A stretch of 64,000 nt of DNA, from positions 3,658,001-3,722,000 of the forward strand of contig NC_087436.1 in NCBI RefSeq assembly GCF_036321535.1, in the 5' to 3' direction. Position numbers and translations under genes: made by a program. This DNA is from Camelus dromedarius (lineage: Eukaryota). The notes under the pieces are model-generated. The model was not told the origin of the DNA. It made no database searches and saw only the letters and a list, made by a program, of their open reading frames with translations. The stretch's first letter is position 1. Every line of letters begins with the position of its first letter. Below are positions 26,051-38,800 of the stretch, in pieces.

Positions 26051-29000
26051 CTAGGTGAAGGACGGCTTTCAAACACACTTATCTCTCAGAACTGAGCATG
26101 TGCAGAGACGTTCGTTCATCTAGCACAAAGGGAACAGTTTGCAGGAGAAACATTTACTCTGGTTTCTCAGTCTGTTTCCTACTGCCGGGTTGATGTTCCT
26201 GCATTTATCACTGTAAAACCGAGTTGGAGGTAGTACCTCCCCATATATAATTATGGAGTGGGGTTTGCAAGTGAAAACAAACCTTGTGTTCCCAACAAGC
26301 TAGGTGAAGGACGGCTTTCACACACACTTATCTCTCAGAATTGAGCATGTGGATAGACGTTCGTTCATCTAGCAAAAAGGGAACGGGTTGCAGGAGAAAC
26401 TTTTACTCTGGTTTCTCAGTCTGTTTCCTAGTGCCGGTTTGAAGTTCCTGCAGTTTTCACTGTAAAACCGACTTGGAGCTAGTACCTACCCATATATATG
26501 TATGGAGTGGTGTTTGCAACTGAAAAGAAACTTTGTGTTCCCTACAAGCTAGGTGAATGACGGCTTTCACACCCACTTATCTCTCAGAACTGAGCATGTG
26601 GATAGACGTTCGTTCATCTAGCAAAAAGGGAACGGGTTGCAGGAGAAACTTTTACTCTGGATTCTCAGTCTGTTTCCTAGTGCCGGTTTGATATTCCTGC
26701 AGTTTTCACTGTAAAACCGATTTGCAGCTAGTATCTCCCCATATATATGTATGAAGTGGTGTTTGCAAGTGAAAACAAACTTTGTGTTCCCAACAAGCTA
26801 TGTGAAGCACGGCTTTCACACACACTTATCTCTCAGAATTGAGCATGTGGAGAGACGTTCGTTCATCTAGCACAAAAGGAAAGGGTTGCAGGAGAAACTT
26901 TTACTCAGTTTTCTCAGTCTGTTTCCTAGTGCCGGTTTGAATTTCGTGCTGTTTTCACGGTAAAACCGAGTTGGAGCTAGTACCTCCCCATATATATGTA
27001 TGGATGGGAGTTTGCAACTGAAAAGAAAATTTGTGTTCCCAACAAGCTAGGTGAAGGACGGCTTTCACACACACTTATCTCTCAGAACTGAGCATGTGGA
27101 GAGATGTTCGTTCATCTAGCACAAAGGGAACGGGTTGCAGGAGAAACTTTTCCTCTGGTTTCTCAGTATGTTTCATAGTGCCTTTTTAAATTTCCTGCAG
27201 TTTTCACTGTAAAACAGAGTTGGAGCTAGTACCTACCCATATATATGTATGGAGTGGGGTTTACAACTGAAAAGAAACTTTGTGTTCCCTACAAGCTAGG
27301 TGAATGACGGCTTTCAAACCCACTTATCTCTCAGAACTGAGCATGTGGAGAGACGTTCGTTCATCTAGCACAAAGGGAACGGTTTGCAGGAGAAACTTTT
27401 ACTCTGGTTTCTCAGTCTGTTTCCTAGTGCCGGTTTGAAGTTCCTGCAGTTTTCTCTGTAAAACCGTGTTGGAGCTAGTACCTCCCCACATATATGTATG
27501 GAGTGGAGTTTGCAACTGAAAAGAAACTTTGTCTTCCCAACAAGCTAGGTGAAGGACGGTTTTAACACACACTTTTCTCTCAGAACTGAGCATGTGGAGA
27601 GACGTTCGTTCATCTAGCACAAAGGGAACGGTTTGCAGGAGAAACTTTTACTCTGGTTTCTCAGTCTGTTTCCTAGTGCCGGTTGGATGTTCCTACATTT
27701 ATCCGTGTAAAACCGAGTTGGAGCTAGTATCACCCCATATATATGTATGGAGTGGAGTTTGCAAGTGAAAAGAAACTTTGTGTTCCCAACAAGCTAGGTG
27801 AAGGACGGGTTTCACACACACTTATCTCTCAGAAATGAGCATTTGGAGAGACGTTCGTTCATCTAGCACAAAGGGAACGGGTTGCAGGAGAAACTTTTCC
27901 TCTGGTTTCTCAGTCTGTTTCCAAGTGCCGGTTTGAAGTTTCTGCAGTTTTCACTGTAAAACAGAGTTGGAGCTTGTACCTCCCCATATATTTGTAAGGA
28001 GTGGAGTTTGCAACTGAAAAGAAACATTGTTTTCCCAACAAGCTAGGTGAAGGACGGCTTTCACACACACTTATCTCTCAGAACTGAGCATGTGGAGAGA
28101 CGTTCATTCATCTATCACAATGGGAACGGTTTGCAGGAGAAAATTTACTCTGGTTTCTCAGTCGGTTTCCTAGTGCCTGTTGGAAGTTCCTGCAATTTTC
28201 ACTGTAAAACGGAGTTGGGGCTAGTACCTCCCCATATATATGTATTGAGTGGAGTTTGCAAGTGAAAAGAAACTTTGTGTTCCCAACAAGCTACATGAAG
28301 CACGGCTTTCACACACAATTATCTCTCAGAACTGAGCATGTGGAGAGACGTTCTTTCATCTAGCACAAAGGGAACGGGTTGCAGGAGAAACTTTTCCTCT
28401 GGTTTCTCAGTCTGTTTCGTAGTGCCGTTTTAAAGTTCCTGCAGTTTTCACTGTAAAACAGAGTTGGAGCTAGTACCTCCCCATATATATGTATGGAGTG
28501 GAGTTTACAACTGAAAAGAAACTTTGTGTTCCCTACAAGCTAGGTGAATGACGGCTTTCAAACCCACTTTTCTCTCAGAACTGAGCATGTGGAGAGACGT
28601 TCGTTCATCTAGCACAAAGGGAACGGTTTGCAGGGGAAACTTTTACTCTGGTTTCTGAGTCTGTTTCCTAGTGCCGGTTTGAAGTTCCTGCAGTTTTCAC
28701 TGTAAAACCGTTTTGGAGCTAGTACCTCCCCATATATATGTATGGAGTGGAGTTTGCAACTGAAAAGAAACTTTGTGTTCCCAACAAGCTAGGTGAAGGA
28801 CGGCTTTCACACACACTTATCTCTCAGAACTGAGCATGTGGAGAGACTTTCATTCATCTATCACAAAGGGAATGGATTGCAGGAGAAAATTTACTCTGGT
28901 TTCTCAGTCTGTTTCCTAGTGCCGTTTGGAAGTTCCTGCAGTTTTCACTGAAAAACCGAGTTGGAGCTAGTACCTCCCCATATATATTTATGGAGTGGGG

Positions 29001-29899
29001 TTTGCAAGTGAAAACAAACTTTGTGTTCCCAACAAGCTAGGTGAAGGACGGCTTTCACACACACTTATCTCTCAGAACTGAGCATGTGAGGGACGTTCGT
29101 TCATCTAGCACAAAGGGAACGGGTTGAAGGGGAAACTTTTACTCTGGTTTCTCAGTTTGTTTCCAAGTGCCGGTTTGAAGTTCCTGCAGTTTTCACTGTA
29201 AAACCGAGTTGGAGCTATTACCTCCCCATATATATGTATGGAGTGTAGTTTGCAACTGAAAATCAACTTTGTGTTCCCAACAAGCTTGGTGAAGGACGTC
29301 TTTCACACACACTTATCTCTCAGAACTGAGCATGTGGAGAGACTTTCATTCATCTATCACAAAGGAAATGGATTGCAGGAGAAAATTTACTCTGGTTTCT
29401 CAGAGTGTTTCCTAGTGCCTGTTGGGAGATCCTGCAGTTTTCACTGTAAAACCGAGTTGGAGCTAGTACCTCCCCATATATATTTATGGAGTGGGGTTTG
29501 CAAGTGAAAACAAACTTTGTGTTCCCAACAAGCTAGGTGAAGGACGGCTTTCACACACACTTATCTCTCAGAACTGAGCATGTGGAGGGACTTTCGTTCA
29601 TCTAGCACAAAGGGAACGGTTTGCAGGGGAAACTTTTATCTGGTTTCTCAGTCTGTTTCCTAGTGCCGTTTTAAAGTTCCTGCAGTTTTCACTGTAAAAC
29701 AGAGTTGGAGCTAGTACCTACCCATATATATGTATGGAGTGGAGATTACAACTGAAAAGAAACTTTGTGTTCCCTACAAGCTAGGTGAATGACGGCTTTC
29801 ACACCCACTTATCTCTCAGAACTGAGCATGTGTAGAGACGTTCGTTCATCTAGCACAAAGGGAACGGTTTGCAGGAGAAACTTTTACTCTGGTTTCTGA

Positions 29900-32800
29900 G
29901 TCTGTTTCCTAGTTCCGGTTTGAATTTCCTGCAATTTTCACTGTAAAACCGAGTTGGAGATAGTACCTACAATTATATATGTATGGAGTGGTGTTTGCAA
30001 CTAAAAAGAAACTTTGTGTTCCCAACAAGCTATTTGAAGGACGGCTTTCACACACACATATCTCTCAGAACTGAGCATGTGGAGAAACGTTCGTTCATCT
30101 AGCACAAAAGGAAAGGGTTGCAGCAGAAACTTATACCCTGTTTTCTCAGTCTTTTTCCTAGTGCCGGTTTGAATTTCCTGCAGTTTTCACTGTAAAACCG
30201 AGTAGGAACTAGTACCTCCCCATATATATGTATGGAATGGAGTTTGCAACTGAAAATAAACTTTGTGTTCCCAACAAGCTAGGTGAAGGACGGCTTTCAC
30301 ACACACTTATCTCTCAGAACTGAGCATGTGGAGAGACGTTCGTTCATCTAGCACAAAGGGAACGGGTTGAAGGAGAAACTTTTACTCTGGTTTCTCAGTC
30401 TGTTTCCTAGTGACGGTATGAAGTTCCTGAAACTTTCACTGTAAAACCGAGTTGGAGCTAGTACCTCCCCATATATAGGTATGGAGTGGAGTTTGCAACT
30501 GAAAAGAAACTTTGTGTTCCCAACAAGCTAGGTGAAGAACGGCTTTCACACACACTTATCTCTCAGAACTGAGCATGTGGAGAGACGTTCGTTCATCTAG
30601 CAAAAAAGGAAAGGGTTGCAGCAGAAAATTGTACTCTGGTTTCTCAGTCTGCTTCCTAGTGCCGGTTTGAAGTTCCTGCAGTTTTCACTGTAAAACAGAT
30701 TTGGAGCTAGGACCTCCCCATATATATGTATGGAGTGGAGTTTGCAACTGAAAAGGAACTTTGTGTTCCCAACAAGCAAGGTGAAAGACGGCTTTCACTC
30801 ACACTTAACTCTCAGAACTGAGCATGTGGAGAGACGTTCGTTCATCTACCACAAAGGGAACGGTTTGCAGGGGAAACTTTTTCTCTGGTTTCTCAGTCTG
30901 TTTCCTAGTGCCGGTTTGAAGTTCCTGAAGTTATCACTGAAAAACCGATTTGGATCTAGTACCTCGCCATATATATGTATGGAGTGGAGTTTGCAAGTGA
31001 AAAGAAACTTTGTGTTCCCAACAAGCTAGGTGAAGGACGGCTTCCACACACATTTATCTCTCAGAACTGAGCATGTGGAGAGACGTTCGTTCATCTAGCA
31101 CAAAGGGAACGGTTTGCAGGAGAAACTTTTCCTCTGGTTTCTCAGTCTGTTTCCTAGTCCCGGTTTGAATTTCCTGCATTTTCACTGCAAAACCGAGTTG
31201 GAGCTAGTACCTCCCCATATATATTTATGGAGTGGGGTTTGCAACTGAAAAGAAACTTTGTGTTCCCAACAAGCTAGGTGAAGGACGGGTTTCACACACA
31301 CAATTATCTCTCAGACATGAGCATGTGGAGAGACGTTCGTTCATCTAGCACAAAGGGAACGGGTGGCAGGAGAAACATTTCCTCTGGTTTCTCAGTCTGT
31401 TTCCAAGTGCCGGTTTGAAGTTCCTGCAGTTTTCACTGTAAAACCGAGTTGGAGCTTGTACCTCCCCATATATATGTATGGAATGGAGTTAGCAACTGAA
31501 AAGAAACTTTGTGTTCCCAACAAGCTAGGTGAAGGACGGCTTTCACACACAGTTATCTCTCAGAACTGAGCATGTGGAGAGACGTTCATTCATCTATCAC
31601 AATGGGAACGGTTTGCAGGAGAAAATTTACTCTGGTTTCTCAGTCGGTTTCCTAGTGCCTGTTGGAAGTTCCTGCAATTTTCACTGTAAAACCGAGTTGG
31701 GGCTAGTACCTCCCCATATATATGTATTGAGTGGAGTTTGCAACTGTAAAGAAACTTTGTGTTCCCAACAAGCTATGTGAAGGACGGCTTTCACACACAC
31801 TTATCTCTCAGGACTGAGCATGTGGAGAGACGTTCGTTCATCTAGCACAAAGGGAACGTGTTGCAGGAGAAACTTTTACTCTGGTTTCTCAGTCTGTTTC
31901 CTAGTACCGGTTTGAAGTTCATTCAGTTTTCAATGTAAAAACGAGTTGGAGCTTGTAGCTCCCCATATATATGTATGGGGTGAATTTTGAAAATGAAAAT
32001 AAACTTTGTGTTCCCAACAAACTAGGTGAAGGACGGCTTTCACACAATTATCTCTCAGAACTGAGCATGTGGAGAGACGTTCGTTCATCTAGCACAAAGG
32101 GAACGGGTTGCAGGAGAAACTTTTACTCTGGTTTCTCAGTGTGTTTCCAAGAGCCGGTTGGAAGTTAGTGCACTTTTCAGTGTAAAACCGAGTTGGAGAT
32201 AGTACATCCCCATATATATGTATGGAGTGGAGTTTGCAAGTGAAAAGAAACTTTGTGTTCCCAACAAGATACGTGAAGAACGGCTTTCACACACAAATAT
32301 CTCTCAGAACTGAGCATGTGGAGAGACGTTCTTTCATCTAGCACAAAGGGAACGGGTTGCAGGAGAAATATTTACTCTGGTTTGTCAGTCTGTTTCCTAG
32401 TGCCGGTTTGAAGTTCCTGCAATTTTCACTGTAAAACCGAGTTGAAGCTAGTACCTCGCCATATATATGTATGGAGTGGAGTTTGCAACTGAAAAGAAAC
32501 TTTGTGTTCCCAACAAGCTAGGTGAAGGATGGCTTTCACACACACTTATCTCTCAGAACTGAGCATGTGGAGAGACGTTCGTTCATCTAGCAGAAAGGGA
32601 AGAGTTTGCAGGAGAAACTTTTACTGTGGTTTCTCAGTCTTTTTCCTACTGCCGGGTTGATGTTCCTGCAGTTTCCACTGTAAAACCGAGTTGGAGCTAG
32701 TGCCTCACCATATATATGTATGGAGTGGAGTTTGCAACTGAAAATAAACTTTGTGTTCAAACAAGATAGGTGAAGGACGGCTTTCACACACACATATCTC

Positions 32801-35800
32801 TCAGAACTGAGCATGTGGGGAGACGTTCGTTCATCTAGCACAAAGGGAACGGGATGCAGGTGAAACTTTTACTCAGGTTTCTCAGTCTGTTTCCTACTGC
32901 CGGTTTGAAGTTCCTGCAGTTTTCACTGTAAAACCGAGTTAGAGCTTGTACCTCCCCATATATATGTATGGAGTGGAGTTTGCAACTGAAAAGAAACTTT
33001 GTGTTCCCAACAACCTAGATGAAGTACGGCTTTCACACACACTTATCTCTCAGAAAAGAGCATGTGGAGAGACATTCGTTCATCTAGCACAAATGGAACG
33101 GTTTGCAGGAGAAACTTTTACTCTGGTTTCTCAGTCTGTTTCCTATTGCCAGTTTAAAGTTCCTGCAGTTTTCACTGTAAAACCGAGTTGGAGCTTGTAC
33201 CTCTCCTTATAATTGTATGGAGTGGAGTTTGCTCCTGAAAAGAAACTTTGTGTTCCCAACAAGCTAGGTGAAGGACGGTTTTCACACACACTTATCTCTC
33301 AGAACTGAGCATGTGGAGAGACTTTCGTTCATCTAGCACAAAGGGAACGGGTTGCAGGAGAAACTTTTACTCTGGTTTCTCAGTCTGTTTCCTAGTGCCG
33401 GTTTGAAGTTCCTGCAGTTTTCACTGTAAAACCGAGTTGGAGATAGTACCAACAATTATATATGTATGGAGTGGTGTTTGCAACTAAAAAGAAACTTTGT
33501 GTTCCCAACAAGCTAGTTGAAGGACGGCTTTCACACACACATATCTCTCAGAACTGAGCATGTGGAGAAACGTTCGTTCATCTAGCACAAAGGGAAAGGG
33601 TTGCAGCAGAAACTTATACCCTGTTTTCTCAGTCTTTTTCCTAGTGCCGGTTTGAATTTCCTGCAGTTTTCACTGTAAAACCGAGTTGGAGCTAGTACCT
33701 CCCCATATATATGTATGGAGTGGAATTGGCAACTGAAAGCAAACTTTGTGTTCCCAACAAGCTAGGTGAAGGACGGCTTTCACACACACTTATCTCTCAG
33801 AACTGAGCATGTGGAGAGACGTTCGTTCATCTAGCACAAATGTAACGGGTTGAAGGAGAAACTTTTACTCTGGTTTCTCAGTCTGTTTCCTAGTGACGGT
33901 ATGAAGTTCCTGAAACTTTCTCTGTAAAACCGAGTTGGAGCTAGTACCTCCCCATATATAGGTATGGAGTGGAGTTTGCAACTGAAAAGAAACTTTGTGT
34001 TCCCAACAAGCTAGGTGAAGGACGGCTTTCACACACACTTATCTCTCAGAACTGAGCATGTGGAGAGACGTTCGTTCATCTAGCAAAAAAGGAAAGGGTT
34101 GCAGCAGAAAATTGTACTCTGGTTTCTCAGTCTGTTTCCTAGTGCCGGTTTGAAGTTCCTGCAGTTTTCACTGTAAAACAGATTTGGAGCTAGGACCTCC
34201 CCATATATATGTATGGAGTGGAGTTTGCAACTGAAAAGGAACTTTGTGTTCCCAACAAGCAAGGTGAAAGACGGCTTTCACTCACACTTAACTCTCAGAA
34301 CTGAGCATGTGGAGAGACGTTCGTTCATCTACCACAAAGGGAACGGTTTGCAGGGGAAACTTTTTCTCTGGTTTCTCAGTCTGTTTCCTAGTGCCGGTTT
34401 GAAGTTCCTGAAGTTATCACTGAAAAACCGATTTGGATCTAGTACCTCGCCATATATATGTATGGAGTGGAGTTTGCAAGTGAAAAGAAACTTTGTGTTC
34501 CCAACAAGCTAGGTGAAGGACGGCTTCCACACACATTTATCTCTCAGAACTGAGCATGTGGAGAGACGTTCGTTCATCTAGCACAAAGGGAACGGTTTGC
34601 AGGAGAAACTTTTCCTCTGGTTTCTCAGTCTGTTTCCTAGTCCCGGTTTGAATTTCCTGCATTTTCACTGCAAAACCGAGTTGGAGCTAGTACCTCCCCA
34701 TATATATTTATGGAGTGGGGTTTGCAACTGAAAAGAAACTTTGTGTTCCCAACAAGCTAGGTGAAGGACGGGTTTCACACACACAATTATCTCTCAGACA
34801 TGAGCATGTGGAGAGACGTTCGTTCATCTAGCACAAAGGGAACGGGTGGCAGGAGAAACATTTCCTCTGGTTTCTCAGTCTGTTTCCTAGTACCGGTTTG
34901 AAGTTCCTTCAGTTTTCAATGTAAAAACGATTTGGAGCTTGTAGCTCCCCATATATATGTATGGAGTGAATTTTGAAAATGAAAATAAACTTTGTGTTCC
35001 CAACAAACTTGGTGAAGGACGGCTTTCACACAATTATCTCTCAGAACTGAGCATGTGGAGAGACGTTCGTTCATCTAGCACAAAGGGAACAGGTTGCAGG
35101 AGAAACTTTTACTCTGGTTTCTCAGTGTGTTTCCAAGAGCCGGTTGGAAGTTAGTGCACTTTTCAGTGTAAAACCGAGTTGGAGATAGTACATCCCCATA
35201 TATATGTATGGAGTGGATTTTGCAACTGAAAAGAAACTTTGTGTTCCCAACAAGCTACGTGAAGAACGGCTTTCACACACAAATATCTCTCAGAACTGAG
35301 CATGTGGAGAGACGTTCTTTCATCTAGCACAAAGGGAACGGGTTGCAGGAGAAATATTTACTCTGGTTTGTCAGTCTGTTTCCTACTGCCGGTTTGAAGT
35401 TCCTGCAATTTTCACTGTAAAACCGAGTTGAAGCTAGTACCTCGCCATATATATGTATGGAGTGGAGTTTGCAACTGAAAAGAAACTTTGTGTTCCCAAC
35501 AAGCTAGGTGAAGGATGGCTTTCACACACACTTATCTCTCAGAACTGAGCATGTGGAGAGACGTTCGTTCATCTAGCAGAAAGGGAAGAGTTTGCAGGAG
35601 AAACTTTTACTGTGGTTTCTCAGTCTTTTTCCTACTGCCGGGTTGATGTTCCTGCAGTTTCCACTGTAAAACCGAGTTGGAGCTAGTGCCTCACCATATA
35701 TATGTATGGAGTGGAGTTTGCAACTGAAAATAAACTTTGTGTTCAAACAAGATAGGTGAAGGACGGCTTTCACACACACATATCTCTCAGAACTGAGCAT

Positions 35801-38800
35801 GTGGGGAGACGTTCGTTCATCTAGCACAAAGGGAACGGGATGCAGGTGAAACTTTTACTCAGGTTTCTCAGTCTGTTTCCTACTGCCGGTTTGAAGTTCC
35901 TGCAGTTTTCACTGTAAAACCGAGTTAGAGCTTGTACCTCCCCATATATATGTATGGAGTGGAGTTTGCAACTGAAAAGAAACTTTGTGTTCCCAACAAC
36001 CTAGATGAAGTACGGCTTTCACACACACTTATCTCTCAGAAAAGAGCATGTGGAGAGACATTCGTTCATCTAGCACAAATGGAACGGTTTGCAGGAGAAA
36101 CTTTTACTCTGGTTTCTCAGTCTGTTTCCTATTGCCAGTTTAAAGTTCCTGCAGTTTTCACTGTAAAACCGAGTTGGAGCTTGTACCTCTCCTTATAATT
36201 GTATGGAGTGGAGTTTGCTCCTGAAAAGAAACTTTGTGTTCCCAACAAGCTAGGTGAAGGACGGTTTTCACACACACTTATCTCTCAGAACTGAGCATGT
36301 GGAGAGACTTTCGTTCATCTAGCACAAAGGGAACGGGTTGCAGGAGAAACTTTTACTCTGGTTTCTCAGTCTGTTTCCTAGTGCCGGTTTGAAGTTCCTG
36401 CAGTTTTCACTGTAAAACCGAGTTGGAGATAGTACCAACAATTATATATGTATGGAGTGGTGTTTGCAACTAAAAAGAAACTTTGTGTTCCCAACAAGCT
36501 AGTTGAAGGACGGCTTTCACACACACATATCTCTCAGAACTGAGCATGTGGAGAAACGTTCGTTCATCTAGCACAAAGGGAAAGGGTTGCAGCAGAAACT
36601 TATACCCTGTTTTCTCAGTCTTTTTCCTAGTGCCGGTTTGAATTTCCTGCAGTTTTCACTGTAAAACCGAGTTGGAGCTAGTACCTCCCCATATATATGT
36701 ATGGAGTGGAATTGGCAACTGAAAGCAAACTTTGTGTTCCCAACAAGCTAGGTGAAGGACGGCTTTCACACACACTTATCTCTCAGAACTGAGCATGTGG
36801 AGAGACGTTCGTTCATCTAGCACAAATGTAACGGGTTGAAGGAGAAACTTTTACTCTGGTTTCTCAGTCTGTTTCCTAGTGACGGTATGAAGTTCCTGAA
36901 ACTTTCTCTGTAAAACCGAGTTGGAGCTAGTACCTCCCCATATATAGGTATGGAGTGGAGTTTGCAACTGAAAAGAAACTTTGTGTTCCCAACAAGCTAG
37001 GTGAAGGACGGCTTTCACACACACTTATCTCTCAGAACTGAGCATGTGGAGAGACGTTCGTTCATCTAGCAAAAAAGGAAAGGGTTGCAGCAGAAAATTG
37101 TACTCTGGTTTCTCAGTCTGTTTCCTAGTGCCGGTTTGAAGTTCCTGCAGTTTTCACTGTAAAACAGATTTGGAGCTAGGACCTCCCCATATATATGTAT
37201 GGAGTGGAGTTTGCAACTGAAAAGGAACTTTGTGTTCCCAACAAGCAAGGTGAAAGACGGCTTTCACTCACACTTAACTCTCAGAACTGAGCATGTGGAG
37301 AGACGTTCGTTCATCTACCACAAAGGGAACGGTTTGCAGGGGAAACTTTTTCTCTGGTTTCTCAGTCTGTTTCCTAGTGCCGGTTTGAAGTTCCTGAAGT
37401 TATCACTGAAAAACCGATTTGGATCTAGTACCTCGCCATATATATGTATGGAGTGGAGTTTGCAAGTGAAAAGAAACTTTGTGTTCCCAACAAGCTAGGT
37501 GAAGGACGGCTTCCACACACATTTATCTCTCAGAACTGAGCATGTGGAGAGACGTTCGTTCATCTAGCACAAAGGGAACGGTTTGCAGGAGAAACTTTTC
37601 CTCTGGTTTCTCAGTCTGTTTCCTAGTCCCGGTTTGAATTTCCTGCATTTTCACTGTAAAACCGAGTTGGAGCTAGTACCTCCCCATATATATTTATGGA
37701 GTGGGGTTTGCATCTGAAAAGAAACTTTGTGTTCCCAACAAGCTAGGTGAAGGACGGGTTTCACACACACAATTTTCTCTCAGACATGAGCATGTGGAGA
37801 GACGTTCGTTCATCTAGCACAAAGGGAACGGGTGGCAGGAGAAACATTTCCTCTGGTTTCTCAGTCTGTTTCCTAGTACCGGTTTGAAGTTCCTTCAGTT
37901 TTCAATGTAAAAACGATTTGGAGCTTGTAGCTCCCCATATATATGTATGGAGTGAATTTTGAAAATGAAAATAAACTTTGTGTTCCCAACAAACTTGGTG
38001 AAGGACGGCTTTCACACAATTATCTCTCAGAACTGAGCATGTGGAGAGACGTTCGTTCATCTAGCACAAAGGGAACAGGTTGCAGGAGAAACTTTTACTC
38101 TGGTTTCTCAGTGTGTTTCCAAGAGCCGGTTGGAAGTTAGTGCACTTTTCAGTGTAAAACCGAGTTGGAGATAGTACATCCCCATATATATGTATGGAGT
38201 GGAGTTTGCAAGTGAAAAGAAACTTTGTGTTCCCAACAAGCTACGTGAAGAACGGCTTTCACACACAAATATCTCTCAGAACTGAGCATGTGGAGAGACG
38301 TTCTTTCATCTAGCACAAAGGGAACGGGTTGCAGGAGAAATATTTACTCTGGTTTGTCAGTCTGTTTCCTAGTGCCGGTTTGAAGTTCCTGCAATTTTCA
38401 CTGTAAAACCGAGTTGAAGCTAGTACCTCGCCATATATATGTATGGAGTGGAGTTTGCAACTGAAAAGAAACTTTGTGTTCCCAACAAGCTAGGTGAAGG
38501 ACGGCTTTCACACACACTTATCTCTCAGAACTGAGCATGTGGAGAGACGTTCGTTCATCTAGCAGAAAGGGAAGAGTTTGCAGGAGAAAATTTTACTGTG
38601 GTTTCTCAGTCTTTTTCCTACTGCCGGGTTGATGTTCCTGCAGTTTCCACTGTAAAACCGAGTTGGAGCTAGTGCCTCACCATATATATGTATGGAGTGG
38701 AGTTTGCAACTGAAAATAAACTTTGTGTTCAAACAAGATAGGTGAAGGACGGCTTTCACACACACATATCTCTCAGAACTGAGCATGTGGGGAGACGTTC

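Noticed and set aside
30339..30366. Canonical CENP-B box
   Set aside because: The spacing between TTCG and CGGG is 20 bp instead of 7 and the required A is missing.
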